NCBI GenBank assembly: GCA_041640595.1
Contig: JBEPZY010000002.1
Coordinates: 340,651-404,650 of the forward strand
Length of the DNA: 64,000 nucleotides
Reading direction: 5' to 3'
Origin: Gemmatales bacterium
GTDB lineage: Bacteria; Planctomycetota; Planctomycetia; Gemmatales; HRBIN36
The notes below the pieces were generated by a model. The model was not told the DNA's origin and ran no database searches. It saw only the letters and a program-made list of their open reading frames with translations. Position 1 is the first letter of the stretch. Each line of letters opens with the position of its first letter. Positions 36,707 to 45,968 of this stretch are shown in pieces. The position numbers and the translations under genes are program-made.

Positions 36707-37033
36707 CTAACGAATAGCTCCGGCGGGAGATGGGCGGCCGAAGGGCGGTGTATTGGGGCCAGCCGGTGACATGTCGCGGTAATCCTGTGGTTTGGAAGGA
36801 AACCAGTCCCGGCGGCGAGGCAGGTCTGCCAGGCTGGGCGGCTGATTGTAACGTTGTTCGTCCGGCGGAGGGGCTTTGAATTCCTGATATTTCGTCGAGC
36901 CAATCAGCCGCCAGGTCTCCGTGGAGGATACACAGCCGATCAGTCCCATCAAGGCGGCCAACAAAATGGCCCGGCCGCGAGAATGGCTTTGCCCCTGTCG
37001 GCGTTCCATGTGCGTATCATTCCCGTGAGTCAT
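36707..37033 (-). CDS. small lipoprotein
   Basis: AILLAALMGLIGC lipobox; Pro-rich tail. Confidence 0.65.
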   Translation of the reverse strand: MTHGNDTHMERRQGQSHSRGRAILLAALMGLIGCVSSTETWRLIGSTKYQEFKAPPPDEQRYNQPPSLADLPRRRDWFPSKPQDYRDMSPAGPNTPPFGRPSPAGAIR

Positions 37034-37241
37034 ACGATTGAGTCCCGGCCCCAGCGGAAGAAGTCCAACTCACCCGCTCGGCAAAGGATGCAAGTGGCAT
37101 AGCGGGTTCGGCGATTCGGTCAAGCTCAAGTGGCCATCATCGCCTGGACTTACCGCTGCCGGCCAAGTCGGCATCGCGCTGGCCGGGACTCCCGCCGACA
37201 ACCTGCATGGAAGTGCTCCTGCATAGCCGACGAGGAAAGTC

Positions 37242-38429
37242 ATGCCCGGTACGGTAATCCTGCGGTCGCGGCGAGCGAAACCTTTTTTCTCCCGTCATCC
37301 CTGGATTTACGCGGGAGCTATTGGCGAGGTTCAGGGCCAGCCTGCCGACGGCGACGAAGTCGAAGTTTTTTCCCATGGGGGTCATTTCATTGCCCGCGGC
37401 CTTTACAATAGCCGGAGCCGGGTTCGTGTCCGCCTTTACTGCTGGGAAGCGAATCGGCCGCTGGACGAAAATTTCTGGCGGGAACGTTTGGAGCAGGCCA
37501 TTCGTTTACGCCGCGACGTGCTGCATTTGCTGGGGCCGGGCAAAGCTTGCCGACTCGTTTTCAGTGAAGGAGATGGGCTGTCGGGACTGACCGTGGATTG
37601 GTACGATGGCTGGGTGGTGCTGCAATTTACCGGGCTGGGCCTGGCGTTGCGCCGGGACATGTTCGTACGGATTCTGGCGGAATTGTTGCGACCCCGAGGC
37701 ATCCTGCTGCGGATCGAAAAGAGCATTTCCCCTCTGGAAGGGCTCGACCTGACCGAGGGGGTGTTGTGGGGAGAAGCTCCCCGCGAGCCGGTGGTCATCG
37801 AAGAAAATGGCGTGGCGTTCCTGGTAGATTTGACGGGCGGACAGAAGACCGGCTTTTATCTGGATCAGCGGGAAAATCATGTGGCCGTCAGTCGCTATGC
37901 CGCGGGTCGGCGAGTGCTGGATGCGTTCTGCTACACCGGCGGGTTCGGTCTGCATGCCGCTCGCCACGGTGCTTTAGAAGTGCTGGGCGTGGATAGCTCG
38001 GCCGGGGCGATTCGTCTGGCTCAGCTCAATGCGGAGCGCAATCGGCTCAGCCAGGTTCGTTTCGTGGAAGCCGAAGTATTCCGCTTTCTGGAAGAGCTGG
38101 CCCGTGAGCAACAACGTTTCGGGATGATTATCCTCGACCCGCCCAAATTCGCCCATCGCCAGAGTGCCGTCGAAAACGCCCTGCAAGGATACCGGCGCTT
38201 GCTGGCCCTGAGTTTGTTGCTGTTGGAAACGGAAGGAATCCTGGTGACCTGCTGCTGTTCCGGCTTGATCACCATGGAGATGCTGGAAGAACTGGCAGCC
38301 CAGGCCGCCACCAAAGCCCGCCGCCATGTTCAGATTCTCGAACGCCACTATCAACCGGCCGACCATCCCGTCGCCGTCTCCTGCCGCGAATCTTCGTACT
38401 TGAAATGTCTGATAAAACGGGTATGCTAG
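37242..38429 (+). CDS. RlmI-like class I SAM-dependent rRNA methyltransferase with PUA domain
   Basis: HPWIY, SEGDGLSGL, GQKTGFYLDQREN, VLDAFCYTGGF, ILDPPKF, YLK. Confidence 0.93.
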   Translation: MPGTVILRSRRAKPFFSRHPWIYAGAIGEVQGQPADGDEVEVFSHGGHFIARGLYNSRSRVRVRLYCWEANRPLDENFWRERLEQAIRLRRDVLHLLGPGKACRLVFSEGDGLSGLTVDWYDGWVVLQFTGLGLALRRDMFVRILAELLRPRGILLRIEKSISPLEGLDLTEGVLWGEAPREPVVIEENGVAFLVDLTGGQKTGFYLDQRENHVAVSRYAAGRRVLDAFCYTGGFGLHAARHGALEVLGVDSSAGAIRLAQLNAERNRLSQVRFVEAEVFRFLEELAREQQRFGMIILDPPKFAHRQSAVENALQGYRRLLALSLLLLETEGILVTCCCSGLITMEMLEELAAQAATKARRHVQILERHYQPADHPVAVSCRESSYLKCLIKRVC

Positions 38430-38549
38430 AAACATCACCGTTGAAACCGCAGCGTCCGCAGAAGGGTATATACCAGGGATAGGCGTCTGGCACACGTCCA
38501 ACGAAAAAGGGCCGGCGTCGGCTGGCCGGAACAGGAAAGGAGAGAACCG

Positions 38550-39581
38550 ATGATTTCCTCTCGCCGAATCTGCGTGTCTATGCTGGTCGGTATGTTGGTG
38601 GGCAGCATTTGCTGGCTGGGACACCCCCTGCCGCTTCGCGCGGAGCCGGTGGATAAACTTTTGCCTGCCGAAACCCAGATGGTTATGCATCTGGATCTGC
38701 GGCAACTGCAAAAGTCGCAATTGTTCAAGAAACATCTGCAAAAACCGCTCCGCGAAGCCCTGAAGGATAACGACAACCTCAAACAACTGCAAGAAGCAAC
38801 CGGTCTGGATGTGCTCAAGGACATCCACACCGTTACCATCGCCCTGACCAAATTCAAAATTGACCCCGCGAATCCGAAAGATGTTAATCCGAACGACGTC
38901 GAGTTGCTGGCGGTGATTCGCGGCGATTTCGCTCGTGATCCGCTTGTCAAAGCGATAAAGAAAAACGAAGAGCTGGAATCCCGTCGCTATCAGGGCTACG
39001 ACATTTTCATCACCAAAGAGGATGATGACGGCCAGCGGGCTTATATCTGCGTAGCCGAAGATGGAGTCATTCTGGCTTCCAACCAGCGGTCGCGGTTACA
39101 AAAATCGCTCGACACGCTGCAGCAGTCCCAGCCTGCGAAAGTCAACAAACCGCTCCGCACCGCCATTGAAGGCATCCCGGCAGGTCAGACTCTGTGGCTG
39201 GCGGTGGGAGAAGTGCCGCTGCTGAAGGAACTCGCCAAGCAAAACGACGACGCTGCCGATGCCCTCGAGAAACTCGTGGGATTCAGCTTCACTATCGGCG
39301 TCTCGGACAAGGTCTCGGTCGCCGTGCGAGCCCACGGCAAGGACGAGGATGCTGCCCGGGAATTCCGTGCCGGCTTCGAGAAACTTCGCGGCTTCCTTGC
39401 TTTTTTTGCTGCCAACGATCAGCAGGTCGGCCCCATTGTGCAGGATATTCTCAACACCGTGAAAACTACCGCCAAAGACACCACAGCTACCCTCGAATTG
39501 GAGCTGACTGAAGAAATCATCCAGAAAATCATCAAGACCGTTCAGGCGATGCTCGGCGGGGCAGTTAATCAGGACGATTGA
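38550..39581 (+). CDS. exported hypothetical protein
   Basis: AAGGAG RBS; signal peptide; strong host-like codon bias. Confidence 0.82.
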   Translation: MISSRRICVSMLVGMLVGSICWLGHPLPLRAEPVDKLLPAETQMVMHLDLRQLQKSQLFKKHLQKPLREALKDNDNLKQLQEATGLDVLKDIHTVTIALTKFKIDPANPKDVNPNDVELLAVIRGDFARDPLVKAIKKNEELESRRYQGYDIFITKEDDDGQRAYICVAEDGVILASNQRSRLQKSLDTLQQSQPAKVNKPLRTAIEGIPAGQTLWLAVGEVPLLKELAKQNDDAADALEKLVGFSFTIGVSDKVSVAVRAHGKDEDAAREFRAGFEKLRGFLAFFAANDQQVGPIVQDILNTVKTTAKDTTATLELELTEEIIQKIIKTVQAMLGGAVNQDD

Positions 39582-39689
39582 GAGGCCACGGAACATCGCA
39601 CGCCCTATGCGTCCCATCGGACGGTCTTTCAACCGAACTGAATGAGAGCGACACGAACGACGGCGACACATAGAGACCGTCCACGCCAT

Positions 39690-40400
39690 CTTGTGAATGT
39701 GCGTTTGTGCATCGCAAAAATCGCCATTCCTCCGGCACACGGTCGTTGTAACAACGCCAGGAGCGGGGGGCGTAAGCCCCCCGTGGGAAACTATCGCTCT
39801 CCTCGGCGAGAATCGCACTTCTGCAACGGCGTCCGTACATGCAAGCTGGACCGGGGGGCGTAAGCCCCTCGTGGAATACCCTCCGCATGCGAACTCGAAA
39901 CGGGCAAATTCATCGCATTGCCGCTGCAGACGCGGTTTGCAAACCACGGCGGGCTGAGGTGCGCGGCGTTGGGCGAAAGCATTCGCAATTGCAACGGCGT
40001 TACTCACACCCACGGCGGGCTGACGCCCGCCGCTCTTGATTGTGTGCGCGCCGGTCGGGGCACAATGCTTGATTTTCACGCTACGGCGTTCGTATCACCG
40101 ACCACGGCGGGCTGACGGTCGCCGCTCTTGTGGATATGCGTTTGTGCATCGCACAAATCCGTTATTCTTCCGGCATACGGTCGTTGTAACAGCGCCAGGA
40201 GCGGGGGGCGTAAGCCCCCCGTGGGAAACTATCGCTCTCCTCGGCGAGAATCGCACTTCTGCAATGGCGTCCGTACACGCGATCATGAGCGGGGGGCGTA
40301 AGCCCCCCGTGGGAAGAGTATCGCCCTGATCGGCGAGAACACCACATTTGCGAAAACGACCGCACGTGGACCACGAGCGGTCGTGGTAAGCCCCCCGTGG
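39690..40400. repeat. REP/BIME-like mosaic array 6
   Basis: Same palindrome; internal duplication 39700-39875 vs 40135-40312; modules shared with arrays 1, 3, 4 and 5. Confidence 0.9.
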
Positions 40401-40725
40401 GAAAATTAGCCCGCCGCGGATGGGAAACGATCTTTGCGTAGGTCAACAGCACCGTCTCCCTGGCAGACCGTGGAGAAATTACCCCATCGCGGATGGGAAA
40501 CGATCTTTGCGTAGGTCAACAGAGCCGTCTCCCCCGGCCGACCGTGGAGAAATTACCCCATCGCGGATGGGAAACGATCTTTGCGTAAGTCAACAGCGCG
40601 ACCTCCCTGGCAGACCGTGGAGACATTACCCCGCCGCGGATGGGAAATGATCCTTGCGTAAGTCAACAGCGCGACCTCCCTGGCAGACCGTGGAGATATT
40701 ACCCCATCGCGGATGGGAAATGATC
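40395..40725. repeat. 73-bp tandem repeat, ~4.5 copies
   Basis: CCGTGG anchor at 40395, 40468, 40542, 40615 and 40688; unit CCGTGGAGAAATTACCCCATCGCGGATGGGAAACGATCTTTGCGTAGGTCAACAG... Confidence 0.93.
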
Positions 40726-40799
40726 GTCTCTGCTGCAAGGGGCGAGGAGCGCTCCCTTTTACTGTGCCGCGATGTGAAAGACCGTATTGTCTTGGCCGA

Positions 40800-41175
40800 C
40801 CGGGGACCCAGGTTATAAGCGCAGCGGCTTAGCATTGTTCGCTGGCCCCTGCATATTACGAAATCTAGAGATGTCAGGTTATAAGCGTAGCGGGCTAGGA
40901 TTGCTCGGCCGTAATGTCGAGGCCATGTTATATTGCTCGACGGGGACCCAGGTTGTGAGCGCGGTGATAAGCCTGAAGAGCTGCCATTGGTCGACCACAA
41001 TCGGGAAGTCGTGTTATCTTGTTCGAGGAGGGCCCTTAAGAACGCCGCCGGTCGCTATAACATCAGCACGAAGTCGTGTTATCTTGTTCGAGAGAGGCCC
41101 AGGTTATAAGCACGGCAAGGTAGCATTGCTCCACCGCCAGTGAGCAGTGGTTTTATCTTGCCCGAACGGGCCCGT
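40800..41175. repeat. highly degenerate ~65-75 bp-period repeat
   Basis: CAGGTTATAAGC at 40809, 40875 and 41100 (variant at 40949); GAAGTCGTGTTATCTTGTTCGAG at ~41005 and 41070. Confidence 0.7.
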
Positions 41176-41378
41176 TGGGCGAGTTAGACTTTTCACGGCG
41201 AAAATTTTCGGCATACTTGCCGGCACCAGCGACCGTGAATACATGCCATTTTTCGACCGTGGGAACTTGCGGATGGCAATGAGCATCGCAGCAAGTGGCA
41301 TGACCGCTATCTGAACAACACCCGCTCACGGCCGAATTGGTCGCGGTCGGCTGAACAGGAGAACGTGCCATCGAAGCA

Positions 41379-42215
41379 ATGGGCGACGTGCTGACCATGA
41401 TCCTGGGCAATGCCGAACTGCTGCTGGTCTCCTGGCTGGCTGCGCTGCATGCGGGGCTTTACACCTACGGAACGATTTTCGTCTCGATGATGGTGGTGGC
41501 CCTGGTGATGCCGGAAGAACCAGCCTTGCTCGCCTGGGGTCTGGCGGTGGGAGCCTGGCAAGCTCAACCGAGCCTGGCGTGCCTGGCCGCCATCGCGGGC
41601 GTGCTGACCACGGATGCGGTGTTGTATGCCCTGGGACGATTCGGTGGCCGACGATTGTTATTCCGACTGCGGTTGAGTGCCTGGCTGAGCGAAAATCGGC
41701 GGAAGGCTATCGAGCGAGGCTTTCGTCAGGCCGGCGCTGCCTGGTTGATCACGGCGCGCCTGGTACCGATTCCTGGACTGCGCACAGGAGTGTTTGTCTC
41801 GGCGGGATTGCTGCATTATCCGTGGTGGCGATTCCTTCTGTGCGATGCCATTTTTCTGGCACTGGTGGGCGGGATTCTGATTCTGGGCGGGTATTATTAT
41901 GCCGATGCTATGGGCCGATGGTTGCAGGGATTCGACACGTTGCGTTACTGGCTGGCGTTGCTGGCAGCGCTGGTGGTCGGTGGGTTGGGATTGGCCTACG
42001 TCAGCGCCTGGTTGGGCCGGAAAATCTCCGGTGCCGTAGATAACGAACCGGTGCCGAGCCAGGCCAGCGATCAAACGGCACGGTCTCCGCGAATTGGGCC
42101 GCTATTACCCAAACCTGCCGACGCGCAGACCAGCAGCAACGGGCAGCACGGCAATGCCTCAGAACCAGCCCAACCGCCAGGTTCGTCTCGCGCGCCTACG
42201 ATTCACGAGCCGTAA
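41379..42215 (+). CDS. DedA family membrane protein
   Basis: MPEE, DAVLYALGRFGG, ARLVPIPGLR, AGLLHYPWWRF. Confidence 0.88.
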   Translation: MGDVLTMILGNAELLLVSWLAALHAGLYTYGTIFVSMMVVALVMPEEPALLAWGLAVGAWQAQPSLACLAAIAGVLTTDAVLYALGRFGGRRLLFRLRLSAWLSENRRKAIERGFRQAGAAWLITARLVPIPGLRTGVFVSAGLLHYPWWRFLLCDAIFLALVGGILILGGYYYADAMGRWLQGFDTLRYWLALLAALVVGGLGLAYVSAWLGRKISGAVDNEPVPSQASDQTARSPRIGPLLPKPADAQTSSNGQHGNASEPAQPPGSSRAPTIHEP

Positions 42216-42328
42216 TGGTCGCGGCAAAATCGAGCGGGCCAGTGATGGTAAGCACTACGGTGCCCGACTGCCCCACCTTGGCGGTAATACCACGGTGCGC
42301 CTGCCCTATATTGCCCACAACTGTGGTG

Positions 42329-43321
42329 TCATCCGGGTGGCATCAGAACGCGGAGAGTTTGTGCTGCCAGGTTGCGAACCACGGGATCGGGATCGTTCTG
42401 GGCCAGCACTTGCAATTGCGGGATGGCCGCCCGACCAGCGACACCGCAATCGGACAACACCAGCACCGCCGCTCGCCGCACCGAAGCGTCGTTGTGCTGG
42501 AGCTCTTTTTGCAGGATAGGCACAAGCTCGGCCGGGCCGGTTTCGCCAATCTGCAAAAGGGCGTGAACGGCACTGACCCGCACCAGGCCATGTTCATCGC
42601 TTAAGCGTTGCTTCAATGCGGCCTGGGTGGATTTGGCGGCTTTGCCTGCCCTGCCCAGCACCGCCACCGCAGCCAGTCGCACCTCCCACACCGCATCCCG
42701 CGTCGCCATTTCCAGCAGTTGGATGGCATCGGGCTGGTCTTTGATCAGCAGTTCCAGCGCATAGACCAGCGAAACTCGCAGACTCGTTTCCGGTTCATGC
42801 AAAAGGGGCCGCAAAAGTGGGACTAAGTCAGCCCGTGCCGGGTGGATTCTGACCAGAGCCAGTGCCGCAAACGCTCGCGTGTCGCCATCCGCATCCTGCA
42901 GTGCTTTTTCCAGCGCCGGTACAGCCGCTTTCGCTGCGGGTCCCATTTGCCCCAGCACAACCGCTACACGGCGACGCAAGGTCTTAGAAGGACCTTCGAG
43001 CACTTTGGCCAGGTCGGGAACAATCTTCGGCCCCATACGCACCAGGGCTTCGGCAGCGGTTTGGCGAACGCTCTCGTCCGCATCCAGCAACGCCTCCAGA
43101 AACACCTCCAGCGCTGCGGTGGCGTTGGGGGCGATTTGCAGCAATGTGCGTGCGGCCTCGCCTCGACGCAACGGGTCCTGGCTGCGCAATTGCTCAAAAA
43201 GCCGCCGTACACTGGCCGAATCCTGAGCCAGCACTGCGGCCGTCATCATTAGTCCAGCCGCCAGCCAACACCACGCCGTTTTCGTCCATCGCCAAAAACA
43301 CTCGTTGCGGTTCGGAAGCAT
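42329..43321 (-). CDS. exported HEAT-repeat protein
   Basis: Repeated LxDxDxxVRxxAAxAL units after a signal peptide. Confidence 0.88.
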   Translation of the reverse strand: MLPNRNECFWRWTKTAWCWLAAGLMMTAAVLAQDSASVRRLFEQLRSQDPLRRGEAARTLLQIAPNATAALEVFLEALLDADESVRQTAAEALVRMGPKIVPDLAKVLEGPSKTLRRRVAVVLGQMGPAAKAAVPALEKALQDADGDTRAFAALALVRIHPARADLVPLLRPLLHEPETSLRVSLVYALELLIKDQPDAIQLLEMATRDAVWEVRLAAVAVLGRAGKAAKSTQAALKQRLSDEHGLVRVSAVHALLQIGETGPAELVPILQKELQHNDASVRRAAVLVLSDCGVAGRAAIPQLQVLAQNDPDPVVRNLAAQTLRVLMPPG

Positions 43322-43564
43322 TCGTCCATCTCCGGTTACGGTGTGCGGAATCACTGCTCATTGGGGCAACTGTAGTAGTTTACGCTGGCACAGGTTAAAA
43401 ACCAGCGTCGGCATCACCCTGGCCGTGTCGCTGCTTCCGTGAAATAAACCGCGAACCGCGGGGATTGGGTTCCGGGGTGTTTGTGTCGCCAGCGGAACTG
43501 TTTGCCCGCTTTCGTGAAGCGAATCGAACATTGCGCGGTCATGCCGAATGGCCGCGCTGCCACG

Positions 43565-44044
43565 CTAATTTGCCGGCACCGTCTCGGTCGCCGAAACAAT
43601 CTGCGGCGGCATGGCGAATCCCGCCTCTCGCAACTTGCGTGTTACGGCATGCACAGCCCCCATAGCGTGGCCATCCCCGACCACCTCGAGGATCACCGGA
43701 GCACGGAACACCTGCCGGCAGCCATTTCGCTCCTGAATCATGGCTTTCGGCGTGCCCGTCTGCTGGTAAAACGCTTCGTAGCGAGCTACCTGATACGTCA
43801 GCCACTGGTCGAAGAGCGGGTCGTTGAGTATGGCGACCCATCGGCCGTTGATAAAAACTTCGTTGACGCGCCGACCTCGCTCATCTGTCCCGCGAATCCG
43901 CAGCCGTAACGGTTCTTCTTCCTGCAGCGGTCGCAATTGGGGTAATTCCTTGCGTGCATTTCCTGCCGCGCCGTTGCACCCGACCACGCAGAGAACCAGA
44001 CCGCTCAGCCCTGCAAAAGCCCACCAGCAACCGATGTTCCGCAT
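43565..44044 (-). CDS. hypothetical lipoprotein
   Basis: LVLCVVGC lipobox; GGGAG RBS. Confidence 0.65.
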   Translation of the reverse strand: MRNIGCWWAFAGLSGLVLCVVGCNGAAGNARKELPQLRPLQEEEPLRLRIRGTDERGRRVNEVFINGRWVAILNDPLFDQWLTYQVARYEAFYQQTGTPKAMIQERNGCRQVFRAPVILEVVGDGHAMGAVHAVTRKLREAGFAMPPQIVSATETVPAN

Positions 44045-45243
44045 GCGTTCTCTCCCTTATCATCTGGTCAGGCAATCGTGCGATTGTCGCAGTCGGAAAA
44101 GCTCTCCCGAATCACCCACCTGCTGTTTGCCTCCGCGAGGCACGGGGATTCGTCCTGCCCGCCGTTGATCATGGCCACGAATCCCCTCTTGTTGCCCCGG
44201 TCGCCTCGCTTCCCGTCTCTGCTTCGTGAAGCCATGCCGCGATTGTCGCCACAAGTTTCGCGTTGTTATCCCGTGCGGAATGCGGCATCGCCGGTCTTCG
44301 CTCAGCAAGCCGGCACCGCTTGCGCTTGCGTTCACCGAAACAATAAGCAATCCCCGTGCCGGGATTTTATGCCGAAGTTTCTTCTCCGCCCACGAACATG
44401 GTCAGGCAAATACTAACGTCTGGCTCACCACAGCATGAGCGGCTGCAAACATCGTCACGTGAGGCCTGCCGCTGACCGCCATCCATCGGCGATACGAATG
44501 GACTCGGAGCAGCTCCGTAACCACTCTCGGCATTCAGTTGCCCGCACATATTTCACGGCCCCATATACGCACAGCAGCGTCCCAGCGCGGAGCACCCCAG
44601 CCACAGAATTGTGCCCTGGCTACGGCTGCCGCAAATCCACGCACCGAAGGAGAAGCGCGGTTACGCCATAATGGCAGTGGCAATAGCTTGCAACGCGGTA
44701 AAAACGGATTTTACGCCATTTCGGCATACGTCTACAACGATTCTGACCGGTTCCGCCGGACGGTTGACTTCATGCAACCTCCAGTAAAATGCCGGTTCCC
44801 TTGCATTAGAGACCGATTGGCCAACGCTGGTAGCGATGGACGATGTTTTCTACACCCCAGAGGAATGCAACTCTGGTGCGATCGAAAATGAGTGTTTGAG
44901 GAAGTTTGAGTAACTTGCGAGGTATCGAGCATCGGCGTCGGATTATACCGTTTGTATGGCTCCAGGCAGGGTTGCGGAAAGACGGAAGTTCCTCAAATTG
45001 AGGTATTTTTCTGATTAGAGACCCGTGCTCCTGACGAAAAAATGATTGCCATACACGCAAGCGGGATGCCCAGAAACGCGGGGAAGACGACCCAGCACGG
45101 TCTGGCAGGCATGGGGAAAAGCCTCGGGGAAAACGCGACGCGCACGACCCACGCGTCGCGGACCTCCCGAGGCGGGAGGGAATCGGTGAGGGCGACCCCG
45201 CAGGCGCCCCACCTTATCACGGGCATAGATTGGAGCGCGTGCT

Positions 45244-45819
45244 ATGAGGAAAGTGTTCACGACCGGGCAAGTGGCAAAAATCTGTAAAGTGGCCCCACGC
45301 ACCGTCAGTAAATGGTTCGACTCCGGCCGACTCCGGGGCTACCGTATCCCCGGCAGCCAGGACCGGCGGATCCCGAGGGAGAGTCTGATTCGCTTCCTCA
45401 AAGAGCATGGCATGCCCCTCGGCGAACTGGAAGAGGAAATGTGGCACAAAATCCTCATCCTCGGTGCGGAGGACCTCTTTATTCAGAGGATCAAAGAACT
45501 CCTGCCCGAATCCGAGGACTTCCGCATCCAGGTCGCCAACAGCGGTTTTGAAGCCGGTATCCTCGCCGAGAGCTTCCATCCCGACACCATCATCATTGAC
45601 CTGGCCATGGGACGCAGCGAGGGCATTCAGATCGCCCAGAACCTCCGCCGCAACGAAGAGTACAAAGACACCTACATCATCGCCCTGGCTCTCGAGGATG
45701 AAGCGAATCCCGAGGCCCTGTTGACTCTGGGGTTCAACGAGGCTTTCAAAAAGCCCTTCGACATTGCCCTGCTGGCCCAGCGAATCCGCACACTGGCCGC
45801 TCAGAAGCGGGAAGGCTAA
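45244..45819 (+). CDS. excisionase-type HTH plus receiver-like domain regulator
   Basis: FTTGQVAKICKVAPRTVSKWFDSGRLRGYRIPGSQDRRIP; PDTIIIDL, KKPFD; strongly C/G-ending codons. Confidence 0.92.
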   Translation: MRKVFTTGQVAKICKVAPRTVSKWFDSGRLRGYRIPGSQDRRIPRESLIRFLKEHGMPLGELEEEMWHKILILGAEDLFIQRIKELLPESEDFRIQVANSGFEAGILAESFHPDTIIIDLAMGRSEGIQIAQNLRRNEEYKDTYIIALALEDEANPEALLTLGFNEAFKKPFDIALLAQRIRTLAAQKREG

Positions 45820-45853
45820 TCGTCCACTAACGTACTGTCCGCGCATCGAACGC

Positions 45854-45881
45854 AGGCGGGCTCAGCCCGCCTTTCTTTTTT
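45854..45881 (+). terminator. intrinsic terminator
   Basis: AGGCGGGC-TCA-GCCCGCCT followed by TTCTTTTTT, 35 bp after the stop codon. Confidence 0.82.
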
Positions 45882-45968
45882 GCCTCACTTCGCAACAACC
45901 CAGCATCTGGCTGACAGGTGGCCTGGAACCGGTTGGTAATGCGAGCAAAGGAAACTGCACGCCCCGTA

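Noticed and set aside
44760..44845. Faint resemblance to a c-di-GMP-I riboswitch (GCAACCTCC...GGTAGCG)
   Set aside because: The GGCAAAC/GNRA stem and receptor elements cannot be identified; it would need an Infernal hit.
44050..45243. Short ORFs in the 1.2-kb region between the lipoprotein and the HTH regulator
   Set aside because: None has a convincing RBS, codon bias or motif; treated as intergenic.
45244..45420. Excisionase-like HTH as evidence of a prophage or ICE
   Set aside because: It is fused to a receiver-like domain, has host-like codon bias, and no integrase or phage genes are nearby.
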